In this document: positions 18,266-28,434 of the stretch, one piece after another | Layout: each line of letters opens with the position of its first letter | Numbering within the stretch: position 1 is the first letter of the stretch | Assembly (NCBI GenBank): GCA_029882915.1 | Contig: JAOUJZ010000006.1 | Span: 2,115-66,114 of the forward strand | Direction of reading: 5' to 3' | Origin: Gammaproteobacteria bacterium | GTDB taxonomy: Bacteria; Pseudomonadota; Gammaproteobacteria; Nitrosococcales; Methylophagaceae | DNA: 64,000 bases | The notes under the pieces: generated by a model | What the model was told of the DNA's origin: nothing | Databases searched by the model: none | The model's input: the letters and a program-made list of their open reading frames with translations, nothing else | Translations under genes and position numbers: made by a program

Positions 18266-19273
18266 ATGATACCGCAAACTCAGTCACTCGTAACAAAACA
18301 AGCATGGCAAGTTGCATTAGCCAATACCATTAAAGACCCTGAAGTGTTGTTAAAACAGCTTGGTCTGGCTGATAAACTGAATGCCATTGACGGCGATATC
18401 ATCAAACAATTTCCGCTACGCGTCCCTCAAAGCTATGTAAACAGGATGCGTTATGGTGATCCTGATGATCCACTATTGCGTCAGGTTTTTCCGCTACTTG
18501 ATGAAGGTATTTCGGTAGCAAATTTTGTCACCGATCCGGTTGGCGACCATCTGGCAGTCACCTCTCCAGGCATGTTACAAAAATACACAGGGCGCGCATT
18601 ACTTCTGACTACAGGTGCCTGCGCTATTCATTGTCGTTATTGCTTCCGTCGTCATTTTCCCTACAATGACAGCAATCCATTAGCCCGTCAGTGGCAACAA
18701 ACCTTACTTTCAATAAAAGACGATACAACCATCAATGAAATTATCTTGAGTGGCGGCGATCCATTAGCACTGACTGATAACAAGTTAAGCAGTTTAGTCG
18801 ATGATCTGGAACAAATTCCACATATTAAACGATTGCGTATTCACAGCCGCCTACCTATTGTATTACCAGAACGTGTCGACCCACAGTTACTCACCTGGAT
18901 AAGTAAAACCCGACTGAAAGTGATTATGGTGGTGCATGCCAACCATGCCAATGAAATTGATAACACAGTGGCTAAGGCGCTGGAAGATTTGCGCACTGCA
19001 GGCTGTCAAATGTTGAATCAGGCAGTATTACTCAAAGGGATTAATGATAGTGCAGCAAGTTTAACTGCATTAAGTGAACGGCTCGGTGATGTTAATGTCA
19101 TGCCTTATTATCTGCATCTACTCGACCGCGTTGCCGGTGCGGGTCATTTTGAAGTGCCAGAGCAAAAAGGCATTGCGCTTGTAGCTCAGTTGAGAAACAG
19201 CTTATCTGGCTACCTTGTGCCTCGACTAGTAAGAGAGCAAAAAGGCGAAGCCAGTAAAACAGTCATTTATTAA
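18266..19273 (+). CDS. epmB: EF-P beta-lysylation protein EpmB (lysine 2,3-aminomutase, radical SAM)
   Basis: The [11 protein letters not shown] motif is a CxxxCxxC radical SAM cluster. I chose the start at ATG 18266 (MIPQTQ...) because the longer listed ORF overlaps efp on the opposite strand. Confidence 0.88.
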   Translation: MIPQTQSLVTKQAWQVALANTIKDPEVLLKQLGLADKLNAIDGDIIKQFPLRVPQSYVNRMRYGDPDDPLLRQVFPLLDEGISVANFVTDPVGDHLAVTSPGMLQKYTGRALLLTTGACAIHCRYCFRRHFPYNDSNPLARQWQQTLLSIKDDTTINEIILSGGDPLALTDNKLSSLVDDLEQIPHIKRLRIHSRLPIVLPERVDPQLLTWISKTRLKVIMVVHANHANEIDNTVAKALEDLRTAGCQMLNQAVLLKGINDSAASLTALSERLGDVNVMPYYLHLLDRVAGAGHFEVPEQKGIALVAQLRNSLSGYLVPRLVREQKGEASKTVIY

Positions 19274-20430
19274 CTACGTTCAGCCAACGGCTTATATTCG
19301 CGTACATCACTGCCTATATAGATTTGAGTAGGCCTATAAATGCGGTTATTAGAAATTTGTTCGCGCCAGTGAGCTAGCCAGCCAGCTGAACGTGCCACTG
19401 CAAATAGTGCAGTAAACTGGTCTTCGGGGATCCCCATTTCTGAATATAAAATTCCTGAATAGAAATCAACATTTGGATAGACACCTTTATGACCTAGTCT
19501 GTCCGCACACACTGCCTCTAGACGCATTGCAGTCTCAAACATGGCATCCAGACTACCACCACGCTCTTTTACCAACTCTGCAACCAGTTTATGCAGTATT
19601 GTTGCTCGCGGATCTTTCACTTTGTATTCGCGATGCCCCATTCCCCATATTACTTTTTTGTTAGCAAGCTTATCATCAACCCATTGTTCTACGTTATCAG
19701 GAGACCCGATTTTCTTTAGCATGCTGACCACTTTCTGGTTAGCGCCACCATGTAAGGGTCCAGACAAGGTACCGATTGCACCTGAAATAACACTGAATGG
19801 TGTTGCCAGTGTTGAGCCAGCCACTAATGCTGAAAAGGTTGATGCATTCAATGTGTGTTCAGCATGCAAAATCAAACACACGTCCATAATTTTAGCCATT
19901 AATGGATCAGGTTCTTTACCAGTAAACATATACAACAGGTTTTCAGCTACCGATAAATCTTCACGTGGTTCTATTGGATCATAGCCCTGACGCATGTGTT
20001 CCCACATAGCAACCAGAGGAGCCATTTGAGCGATAATATTCACAGTCATATTGCGAACATAATGAATATCCTTGCAGGCGTCACTGCCAGTCAAACATTC
20101 ATTGCCTAGGTAAAACATACCCAAACTTGAAACAGCCGTCTGCAACATATCCATCGGGTGACCAGTTGCAGGAAAATGGCGCATCATTTCACGGATATGG
20201 TATTTAATGCGGTAGTTACTACGTAATTGTTCCGTAAAATCCGCCAATTCATGTGCAGTAGGCAATTCACCTTGAAGTAACAACAATGTAGTTTCTTCAA
20301 AGCTACTATGTTCCGCTAGGGTTTCCAAAGGATAACCGCGATATGACAATAGACCTTTTTCGCCATCAATAAATGAAATGGCTGATTTGGTAGCGGCAAC
20401 GCCTTCCAGTCCAGGTAAAAAATCGTTCAT
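19270..20430 (-). CDS. citrate synthase / 2-methylcitrate synthase family protein (small dimeric type)
   Basis: The motifs GHREYKVKDPRA and LHAEHTLNAST are present. The ATG at 20430 has a GGGGA RBS, and the listed ORF extends to a GTG at 20448. No prp genes are nearby, so I cannot tell citrate from methylcitrate specificity. Confidence 0.8.
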   Translation of the reverse strand: MNDFLPGLEGVAATKSAISFIDGEKGLLSYRGYPLETLAEHSSFEETTLLLLQGELPTAHELADFTEQLRSNYRIKYHIREMMRHFPATGHPMDMLQTAVSSLGMFYLGNECLTGSDACKDIHYVRNMTVNIIAQMAPLVAMWEHMRQGYDPIEPREDLSVAENLLYMFTGKEPDPLMAKIMDVCLILHAEHTLNASTFSALVAGSTLATPFSVISGAIGTLSGPLHGGANQKVVSMLKKIGSPDNVEQWVDDKLANKKVIWGMGHREYKVKDPRATILHKLVAELVKERGGSLDAMFETAMRLEAVCADRLGHKGVYPNVDFYSGILYSEMGIPEDQFTALFAVARSAGWLAHWREQISNNRIYRPTQIYIGSDVREYKPLAERS

Positions 20431-20663
20431 TACATCCCCATAAGTCACTGTGTGGTGGCGGTAGATAAATTCAATCTAGCACAATAGTATACTGTAACAA
20501 GTCGATCTAAACATATAGTACCTGTATTTACGTATGGAAAATAAATATTGATCACCAACCAGCCATAATCAATAAATGATGTCTTTTCAAGAGTTTATCT
20601 TTCTATGATGGGTAACATATTTAAATGAAAGGCTTGTATTTTTGGCCTGCTAGAAACTACTAT

Positions 20664-22421
20664 TTACAATCCCAAAAGAAGTGATTTTATCTCTTCTTGA
20701 TCGTTATAAAGATGAAAATGATACTGTGCAAAACCTTCACTGTTCCATACTGCTTCATCTAGATGAACTTTTTGAGGTTCTCCAATTGATTTGACTAATA
20801 AAACGTCGCCAGTTTTAGCATAACTGCGCGACATCAATAGGCTAGGAGTCACATCTGGTGTGATGTCATCCAACAATAGACAACTTTCTGATTCAAGATG
20901 ACTACCATCCAGTTTTACTGCATGAATTTTTTTTACGTGCCGCGCCAGTATGTAAACACCTAGATTGACAGATTTTCCCTCTTCTGCAGCCTGCATCCAG
21001 CAAATGGTACCCAATTGCCAGCCTGTATCATATTCATTAGACGTTTCGCTACTCAATTCCTCTGATTTAAGTAACAATAATTCTCCAACTGATAATAGGT
21101 CATCATCATCTATTTGACAGCTCAAGCCATAACCACCAGGACTTTTATTAGTGACTTTCCAATTATATTTAGCCACATGTGTTGCCATATCTTCAGGTTC
21201 GATTTTCGACGGCTCTTCAATCGCCGGTTCATCTATACTGAGAAATTGCAATTCATCCCATACATCAAAATCGTCTTTTTCACCCCATAATTTGCCGTGA
21301 GGATCTTTATCATCAATATCTGAAGAAGCCATCATTTGTTGGCTTAATAACAACTCTTCTTCTGTTGTTAATATTTTTTCTATCTGACTCAATCCAACGA
21401 CTGCCATTATTGTTTCATCTGTATCAATGCGATTGGATACGTATTCTGGATGTGCCTTTAAATTAAGTACTAAATAATTTAACAATTCTTTAGTCAGATG
21501 AATGCCTTGTTCTGAGTTTTTATACTCGCCTACTTCAAGCCAGCTATTGATTTGCTCAATCAAATCATTATTATTGATTAGCCAAATATGAGTGGTGTGA
21601 TTTTGATTCGGTTCACGTGCATTAGTCGGACCACTGTCAGACTGATAATTGACCAAATAAGCGGTGTCCAGCTCGACAATATCATCTGCTGCTACGATAT
21701 TGATCTTATCTACCCATGGACTCAAACCATGATAAACCTGTTCCAACTGAGCACTTTTCAAGCTAATTGGAGAAATCATTGCCTGTAATAATATGCGTTT
21801 ATAGACTTTTGAAGCAGATATGACTTCATCGGTCTCATAAGCGAGCTTGTTCTTTATTCCATAACGATGGATATTTAATTTTAGTGCATAAAAATAACAA
21901 CGATGCATGTCACGCCAAACGCCTAGAGGCTCATTTGCATAGAGTAAATAAGACAGGCGCAATTGTTCAGACAAATAAAACAGCGATCGAGTAACCAGAA
22001 GTGCATACTTTCTACGTGTCACCCAGTTGGGGTGTTTAATTGCACGTTGGTATAACAAGTATTTATAACCTTCTGCCATGGCCTGATTTATCGTGGTCAC
22101 AAGTCGGTATAGTTCCTGACCTTTTTTTGATAAATCAATTACATGACCACGAAATTCTTTCACAAATACGCTCATCAAGACGGCGACCGTGGGTCGTAAT
22201 CCTTCTAGTAACATTAATCGCTGTTTATCAGGAAGTGTAATGTGATTAATATAACTTAGGTATCGTTCTACTCGCTCGCTCGCATCCATTACATTCAGCA
22301 TCGGCAAGGTTAACAACCATGACTTTAATTGTTTATCAGTTATTGGAAAAACCAGTGCTCTATTAGCCGGAAGTTTTTGTTTAAACTTAAACCCTAAACA
22401 CTGTTGTCCATTAAATATCAT
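20664..22421 (-). CDS. uncharacterised 585-aa protein (helical N-terminal half, acidic linker, possibly a degenerate PilZ-like C-terminus)
   Basis: The ATG at 22421 has an AGGAA RBS lying directly after the fccB stop. I recognise no catalytic motif. NKSPGG matches the (D/N)xSxxG half of a PilZ signature, but there is no RxxxR. Confidence 0.55.
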   Translation of the reverse strand: MIFNGQQCLGFKFKQKLPANRALVFPITDKQLKSWLLTLPMLNVMDASERVERYLSYINHITLPDKQRLMLLEGLRPTVAVLMSVFVKEFRGHVIDLSKKGQELYRLVTTINQAMAEGYKYLLYQRAIKHPNWVTRRKYALLVTRSLFYLSEQLRLSYLLYANEPLGVWRDMHRCYFYALKLNIHRYGIKNKLAYETDEVISASKVYKRILLQAMISPISLKSAQLEQVYHGLSPWVDKINIVAADDIVELDTAYLVNYQSDSGPTNAREPNQNHTTHIWLINNNDLIEQINSWLEVGEYKNSEQGIHLTKELLNYLVLNLKAHPEYVSNRIDTDETIMAVVGLSQIEKILTTEEELLLSQQMMASSDIDDKDPHGKLWGEKDDFDVWDELQFLSIDEPAIEEPSKIEPEDMATHVAKYNWKVTNKSPGGYGLSCQIDDDDLLSVGELLLLKSEELSSETSNEYDTGWQLGTICWMQAAEEGKSVNLGVYILARHVKKIHAVKLDGSHLESESCLLLDDITPDVTPSLLMSRSYAKTGDVLLVKSIGEPQKVHLDEAVWNSEGFAQYHFHLYNDQEEIKSLLLGL

Positions 22422-22435
22422 CGCTTGTTCCTGAA

Positions 22436-23707
22436 TCAATTTAAAACATCTTCCCAAATATTTTTAGCCCATGCATTGGCATAAACACCTTCGAGTTTTG
22501 TTGCCAGCTTAGACACTCCACCACCTTGCATCGGCATCATTGCAGCATGCTCTTTATCATAGCGATATACCGCAGCCACATGTCCAGCCTGATGATCATC
22601 GACAAAACTATAACATGTATTATTGAATACCGGTTGCTGCTCTAGTTGCTGATCCGACAATAAAGATATCACTGCCGCAGCACACACTTTAGCCTGAGCG
22701 TTGGCCATATGGCCAGATTTAGGCAATTTTGCATGAACAGCATCGCCAATGATATGTACATTTTTCTTCGCAGTAGATTCATAGGTAAGAAAATCAACTT
22801 TACACCAACGTTGGTCGACATTGATAACTCCCGCCAATTCCGCCACCTTACCCGCTTTTTGAGGAGGAATAACATTGAGTACATCGGCAGAAATACTGGC
22901 AAATTCGCTGTCTATGTGAAGTTTAGATACATCAATATCTTCAATTGCACTATTAGCAACATATTCAATAGTGTCTGGATAAAGTTGTTGCCAAGCAGAT
23001 TTGAACAAGGCTTTTTTTGATACTACATCGGCATTCTGATCCAAAATAATCAACTTGGCAGTCGGGTTATAGTGTTTTAAATAAAACGCTATCTGGCACG
23101 CACGTTCGTATGGACCAGGAGGACAACGAAAAGGTGTAGCAGGCACAGTCATGACAATCTTACCGCCTTGTTTCATCGACACTAATTGCTGTTTTAATAA
23201 TGCTGTTTGTGGACCGGCTTTCCATGCATGAGGTATTTTCTTCTGAGCGGCAGCATTAGCCAGCATTGGCAAATCATCATAGATAAAATCCACCCCTGGT
23301 GCGATGATAAGACGATCATAACTAACAACAACACCATCGTGTAATTTCACCTGTTGCTTATCAGTATCAATAGCCACCACTTCAGCCTGAACAGTTTGAA
23401 CACCATATTTGTTTGTCAGACCATGGTAATCATGGGTTAACTGTTGAAGTGTCCTGATACCACCCAATACCAGATTACTCTGTGGGCACGATACAAATTG
23501 TGCATTACGCTCAATCATAACTACATCGAGATCTGAAGCCCACATTCGGATATATTTTGCCGCCGTCGCACCTGCAAAACCTCCGCCTATAACAACTACA
23601 CGTTGTTTCGAACGAACTGCCTGTTTTGAAAATACAGTTTTTGGAAGCATTGCAACACCACCAGCAACAACTGCAGTTTTAATAAAACTTCGACGTTTCA
23701 ATGCCAT
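22436..23707 (-). CDS. fccB: flavocytochrome c sulfide dehydrogenase flavoprotein subunit (FccB/SoxF-like)
   Basis: Tat signal MALKRRSFIKTAVVAGGVAM. FAD fold VVVIGGGFAGATAAKY. Blocks PHAWKAGPQT, PFRCPPGPYERA, IPPQKAGK, PKSGHMANAQ and NTCYS are collinear with my recollection of Allochromatium FccB. Confidence 0.85.
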   Translation of the reverse strand: MALKRRSFIKTAVVAGGVAMLPKTVFSKQAVRSKQRVVVIGGGFAGATAAKYIRMWASDLDVVMIERNAQFVSCPQSNLVLGGIRTLQQLTHDYHGLTNKYGVQTVQAEVVAIDTDKQQVKLHDGVVVSYDRLIIAPGVDFIYDDLPMLANAAAQKKIPHAWKAGPQTALLKQQLVSMKQGGKIVMTVPATPFRCPPGPYERACQIAFYLKHYNPTAKLIILDQNADVVSKKALFKSAWQQLYPDTIEYVANSAIEDIDVSKLHIDSEFASISADVLNVIPPQKAGKVAELAGVINVDQRWCKVDFLTYESTAKKNVHIIGDAVHAKLPKSGHMANAQAKVCAAAVISLLSDQQLEQQPVFNNTCYSFVDDHQAGHVAAVYRYDKEHAAMMPMQGGGVSKLATKLEGVYANAWAKNIWEDVLN

Positions 23708-23772
23708 GACACTTCCCCAGCCCAAAAAATTTATTTCATTAAAGAATTAAACACTCGCATTATCTGTATCCA

Positions 23773-24729
23773 TTAGGAAACATGTTCACCTTGCGCCTGT
23801 AGATCTGCATGATACGACGATCTGACCATGGGACCACTGGCAACATGTTCGAAGCCCATTTGTTTTGCAACCTCTGCCAATTGGTCAAACTCAACGGGTG
23901 TAACAAATCGTTCTACAGCCAAATGATGACGGCTAGGTTGCAAATACTGTCCCAATGTCAACATACGACAGCCGTGGTCACGTAAATCTTGCATCACTTG
24001 CTTTATTTCTTCTATCGTTTCACCCAAACCAAGCATTAAGCCGGACTTAGTTGGCACATCAGGATGCATCTGCTGAAATTTTTTAATCAGATCCAGTGAC
24101 CATTGATAATCAGAGCCAGGGCGCACGGCTTTATACAGGCGAGGAATACTTTCTAGATTGTGATTGAAAATGTCCGGAGGGTTATCCGCCAGATTTTCTA
24201 ATGCTACTTCCATCCGTCCACGAAAATCAGGAACCAATATCTCAATGCGTGTTTGTGGTGACTTCTGACGAATTTCTGCAATGCAGCGAGAAAAATGTGT
24301 CGAGCCACCATCGCGTAAATCATCACGATCGACAGAAGTCACTACAACGTGTTTTAAATCCATTGCAGCAATCGTTTTAGCAAGATGCTTCGGCTCATTC
24401 TCATCCAATGGATCCGGCTTACCATGTGCGACATCGCAAAATGGACAACGACGCGTACAAATATTACCCATAATTAAAAATGTGGCTGTTCCATGAGTAA
24501 AACATTCACCTAAATTCGGGCATGCTGCCTCTTCGCAGACCGTATGCAACTGGTGTTCACGTAATAGATCTTTCAGTCTAATGACTTCTGGATGATTCGG
24601 CGCTTTGGCCCTGATCCATTCTGGTTTGCGTTTGGGATCGCTAGGCTCTATCTTGATTGGGATTCGGGATACTTTTGATGCGCCTTTCAGTGCACTGACA
24701 TCCCGCTTTGCTTGTACCCTGTCTGTCAT
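23773..24729 (-). CDS. lipA: lipoyl synthase
   Basis: The cluster motifs [12 protein letters not shown] and [10 protein letters not shown] are present. 318 aa. Confidence 0.95.
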   Translation of the reverse strand: MTDRVQAKRDVSALKGASKVSRIPIKIEPSDPKRKPEWIRAKAPNHPEVIRLKDLLREHQLHTVCEEAACPNLGECFTHGTATFLIMGNICTRRCPFCDVAHGKPDPLDENEPKHLAKTIAAMDLKHVVVTSVDRDDLRDGGSTHFSRCIAEIRQKSPQTRIEILVPDFRGRMEVALENLADNPPDIFNHNLESIPRLYKAVRPGSDYQWSLDLIKKFQQMHPDVPTKSGLMLGLGETIEEIKQVMQDLRDHGCRMLTLGQYLQPSRHHLAVERFVTPVEFDQLAEVAKQMGFEHVASGPMVRSSYHADLQAQGEHVS

Positions 24730-25328
24730 TGTTTCATCTGCCCTTCAAACGCTGTTAAAAACCTTTTTTTTGCCATTTCCATACTCATTTCATAGCCGAG
24801 GCTTTTCAAATCAATGACTTCCAAACCCTGATATCCGCATGGGTTAATATAGGAAAAGGGTATTAAATCCATATCGACATTCAAACTAAGCCCATGATAA
24901 CAAGCTCCACGTTTGACTCTTAAGCCCAGTGATGCAATTTTACGTTCATTCACATACACACCTGGTGCATCTGAACGAGATTGCGACTCAATACCTAATT
25001 CTGCAAGCAAGCTAATTACACTATTTTCCATGCGTGACACCATTTCACGTACACCAATATGCTGACGCTTTAAGTCAAATAGGACGTATGCAATCAACTG
25101 ACCTGGGCCATGATAGGTCACCTGCCCACCACGATCTGTCTTAATTACCGGTATCTCTCTAGCATTAAGGATATGTTCATCATTACCATTCAAGCCTTGA
25201 GTAAATACCGGCGTGTGCTCAAGAAGCCATAACTCATCGTCCGTGCTTTGATCGCGATTGGCAGTAAATACTCGCATTTCCTCACAGATTGACTGGTAAT
25301 CTACTAATCCTAAGTCACGGATAATCAT
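24726..25328 (-). CDS. lipB: octanoyltransferase (lipoyl(octanoyl) transferase)
   Basis: The [13 protein letters not shown] motif is present. The stop overlaps the lipA start by 4 nt. Confidence 0.92.
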   Translation of the reverse strand: MIIRDLGLVDYQSICEEMRVFTANRDQSTDDELWLLEHTPVFTQGLNGNDEHILNAREIPVIKTDRGGQVTYHGPGQLIAYVLFDLKRQHIGVREMVSRMENSVISLLAELGIESQSRSDAPGVYVNERKIASLGLRVKRGACYHGLSLNVDMDLIPFSYINPCGYQGLEVIDLKSLGYEMSMEMAKKRFLTAFEGQMKQ

Positions 25329-25337
25329 CGCTACTGG

Positions 25338-25610
25338 TTACAGTACGTATTTAACTAAATCGTGACTACTCAAATCCCGATAGACTGCATCCACTTGTGC
25401 TTGACTAGTAGCTCGAATAGTGACCGTTACTGAAGTATATTTGCCACCAGAACTTTGCTTTGTTGCCACTGAACCTTCGTGTATATCCTCAACATGCTGG
25501 CGTACAATACCTACCACAATAGCATCGAATTCTTCACTGGTTTCCCCCATGGCTTTAATAGGAAAGTCACACGGGAACTCGATCAATGATTCTCTTTCTT
25601 GTTCGCTCAT
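25338..25610 (-). CDS. ybeD: YbeD-family protein (DUF493/UPF0250)
   Basis: The EFPCDFPIKAMG motif is present. The ATG at 25610 gives about 90 aa and forms an ATGA overlap with the upstream aminotransferase stop. Confidence 0.8.
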   Translation of the reverse strand: MSEQERESLIEFPCDFPIKAMGETSEEFDAIVVGIVRQHVEDIHEGSVATKQSSGGKYTSVTVTIRATSQAQVDAVYRDLSSHDLVKYVL

Positions 25611-26455
25611 GATGTGCCACGTTGTTTGTATTGTTGATACAACACATCTATTTGCTGCCAAATTGGGCCTGGAGATCCTGATCCGACTGGTTCACCATCT
25701 AATAATGTCACTGGCAATACTTCTTTTGTTGAACTGCTGATCCAAAGTTCATCTGCCTGCTTTAATTGTGCTTCATTGACAGCCTTCTCAATGACGGGTA
25801 TCCCAGCTTCTTCCGCTAATTCCAATATCAACTCTCGTGTAATACCTGGTAATACTTTTTCATCTTTTGGCGCTGTGTAAATTGTGCCCTCAATCACCGC
25901 ATAGGCATTACTTGCTGCTCCTTCAGTCAAGAAGCCATCTCTAATCAATAACGCTTCCAGAGCACCTTGATCCTGAGCTTGCTGTTTAAGCAGACTGTTC
26001 GGCAATAAGGTGATTGCTTTGATATTACAGTTCTGCCAGCGGATATCTGGCATAGTAATTACCGCAACCCCTTGTTTTTTATATTTTTCCGGTACAGGCT
26101 GCAGTGGATTACTCATTGCAAATGCAGTTGGTTTAACCCCGGTTGGAAAAACATGGTCACGGGGAGCAACACCTCGAGTGACCTGCAAATAGACCGACTG
26201 ATCACCACCACCATTTCGATCTACTAACTGCTCAATCATAGTTTGCCAATCATGATCAGAATATGGATTTTTCATCCGCACTCCGTCCAAACTGGTCTGT
26301 AATCGCTCTAAATGTCCTGCTAATCTGAAACAGCGGCCAGCATAAACAGGGATAACTTCGTAAACCCCATCACCTAATAAAAAACCACGATCAAACACTG
26401 AAACTTGTGCCTGGTCAGCGGGTAAAAATTGACCATTTAAAAAAACATCGTTCAC
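25607..26455 (-). CDS. dat: D-amino-acid (D-alanine) aminotransferase, fold-type IV PLP enzyme
   Basis: 282 aa with class IV aminotransferase blocks RGFLLGDGVYE and EGAASNAY. I cannot separate Dat from a branched-chain aminotransferase without an alignment. Confidence 0.7.
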   Translation of the reverse strand: MNDVFLNGQFLPADQAQVSVFDRGFLLGDGVYEVIPVYAGRCFRLAGHLERLQTSLDGVRMKNPYSDHDWQTMIEQLVDRNGGGDQSVYLQVTRGVAPRDHVFPTGVKPTAFAMSNPLQPVPEKYKKQGVAVITMPDIRWQNCNIKAITLLPNSLLKQQAQDQGALEALLIRDGFLTEGAASNAYAVIEGTIYTAPKDEKVLPGITRELILELAEEAGIPVIEKAVNEAQLKQADELWISSSTKEVLPVTLLDGEPVGSGSPGPIWQQIDVLYQQYKQRGTS

Positions 26456-26458
26456 AAA

Positions 26459-27604
26459 TTAAGTCCAAATCAACATCAAAACTGCATCGATCAATCGACG
26501 CCACCAACTTCCTTGCTCTATTGTTTGCAGTGCAACCAGTGGTTTGCTAGCGATCAATGAGTCATCAAGACGAATTTCAACTTCACCCAAGGATGAACCA
26601 GCTTCAACAGGTGCGACAACCAACTGTTGTATATTAGTAGTAGCCACTAATTCCTTATAACGGCCTCGAGGTACAGTGACAGAAAGAGCCTTTTCCAGCC
26701 CTAAATCAACTTTGTCTCCGGTGCCCTTCCAGATTTTTATGTCTACGATTTTGTCCTGAGCCTTGTATAAATCATGCGTTTCAAAAAAGCGGAATCCATA
26801 ATTAAACAATTTTTGTGTTTCCTGAGCACGTGCATTTTCACTCTCTGTTCCCAACACAACTGAAATCAATCGCATGTCATTACGCAGTGCTGATGCAGCC
26901 AGACAGTAACCTGCGGCTTCAGTATGTCCTGTTTTCAACCCATCGACACTGCTGTCCCGCCATAACAATTTATTACGGTTATGCTGGGTAATATTGTTAT
27001 AGCTGAATGCTTTTTCTGCATACCATTTATAGTGTTCGGGGAAGTCACGGATGATTGCAGTGGATAAAATGGCAATATCTTTAGCAGTTGTATAGTGATC
27101 AGGATCTGGTAACCCAGTTGAATTACGATAATTGGTATTAGACATACCTAATTTCTGCGCATACTGGTTCATCATTTGGGCAAAAATTTCTTCATCACCA
27201 GCAACATGCTCAGCTAAGGCTACAGCAGCATCATTACCGGATTGAATAATCATGCCTCGGAGTAATACTTCAACCGGCACTTTTGTATTGACTTCAATGA
27301 AGCTGCGCGACCCCACCATTCGCCATGCCTTTTCGCTAATCAATACATCATCGGAAAGACTAATATTGCCTGCTTGCAATTCATTAGACACCACATAGGC
27401 CGTCATCAACTTTGTGATACTCGCTGGAGGCAACCGTTGTTCCGAGTTTTTCTCGGCAAGTATCTGACCACTAGCAAAATCTTGCAAAATATAAGATTTG
27501 GCCGCTACTTGCGGGGCTGTAGGGTTAGGCGTAATCGCCGCATACGACGCTGTCACTAAGGACAGAAAACTGACTAGAAAAAATGTTTTTACAATTTTAA
27601 ACAT
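26459..27604 (-). CDS. dacA: D-alanyl-D-alanine carboxypeptidase (PBP5/6 class)
   Basis: Signal peptide plus SITK (SxxK), SGND (SxN) and KTGHT (KTG) motifs. Synteny with ybeD-lipB matches E. coli dacA. Confidence 0.9.
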   Translation of the reverse strand: MFKIVKTFFLVSFLSLVTASYAAITPNPTAPQVAAKSYILQDFASGQILAEKNSEQRLPPASITKLMTAYVVSNELQAGNISLSDDVLISEKAWRMVGSRSFIEVNTKVPVEVLLRGMIIQSGNDAAVALAEHVAGDEEIFAQMMNQYAQKLGMSNTNYRNSTGLPDPDHYTTAKDIAILSTAIIRDFPEHYKWYAEKAFSYNNITQHNRNKLLWRDSSVDGLKTGHTEAAGYCLAASALRNDMRLISVVLGTESENARAQETQKLFNYGFRFFETHDLYKAQDKIVDIKIWKGTGDKVDLGLEKALSVTVPRGRYKELVATTNIQQLVVAPVEAGSSLGEVEIRLDDSLIASKPLVALQTIEQGSWWRRLIDAVLMLIWT

Positions 27605-27624
27605 GAACCACTCTCAAAAATAAT

Positions 27625-28434
27625 TTACTCGATCACAATATGTGCATCATTAAAACCTAAATCAACCAGTCGTGATGCCAATGAATCACCATATTCAACA
27701 CTTGCTAAAGGCCCAATTCTGACTCTATATACAGAACCTTCCGGTTTATTTAACGGCACTATTAATACAGCATCACCAATCTGTTGCTGTATTTTGTTTT
27801 TTAATTGCTCTGCTCGTGATGATGTACTAAATGCACCCACTTGCAAATATAACCCAGCATAGTCACTCGTTATGGGTTGTTTTACTGGTGTTGCCACTGT
27901 CGTAACCGGTGCTTCACCTATCGTAATTGCACGCACTTCAACCATGCCTGTCCCTTTCCCAACAATGTCCAATTTTGTCGCTGCACTATAGGACAAATCA
28001 ATCAATCGATTATCATGGAAGGGGCCACGATCATTCACCTTTACGACAACCTTACGCCCATTATTCAGGTTTGTTACTTCCACATAAGTAGGCAGGGGTA
28101 ACGTTTTGTGTGCCGCTGTCATGGCATACATATCATAAGGCTCACCACTTGAGGTACGTTTACCATGGAATTTGGTTCCATACCATGATGCAATTCCTTT
28201 TTCTTGATAACCACGGCTGGTATTTAACGTGTAGTAACGTTTACCAAACACTTCATAATGTGCTGGATTACCATACTTACTGCGGGGCTCATCTCGAGGC
28301 ACTGCATTAGGCACAGAGGACACATCAGGCGTTGTTACAGGCGCACTATCCTGTTTTTCGATAATACTTCCACAAGCCACCAGCGTAAAATAAAGAACTG
28401 TGACAGCCAACAGTTTCAGTTTTGTCCAAATCAT
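27625..28434 (-). CDS. rlpA: septal ring lytic transglycosylase RlpA (DPBB plus SPOR domains)
   Basis: Lipobox LVAC. DPBB block ASWYGTKFHGKRTSSGEPYD...VNDRGPF. The C-terminus is SPOR-like. Confidence 0.9.
   Translation of the reverse strand: MIWTKLKLLAVTVLYFTLVACGSIIEKQDSAPVTTPDVSSVPNAVPRDEPRSKYGNPAHYEVFGKRYYTLNTSRGYQEKGIASWYGTKFHGKRTSSGEPYDMYAMTAAHKTLPLPTYVEVTNLNNGRKVVVKVNDRGPFHDNRLIDLSYSAATKLDIVGKGTGMVEVRAITIGEAPVTTVATPVKQPITSDYAGLYLQVGAFSTSSRAEQLKNKIQQQIGDAVLIVPLNKPEGSVYRVRIGPLASVEYGDSLASRLVDLGFNDAHIVIE

Noticed and set aside
19473-19984. Plus-strand ORFs of 63 and 147 aa antisense to the citrate synthase gene
   Set aside because: Shadow ORFs. The minus-strand frame carries unmistakable citrate synthase motifs.
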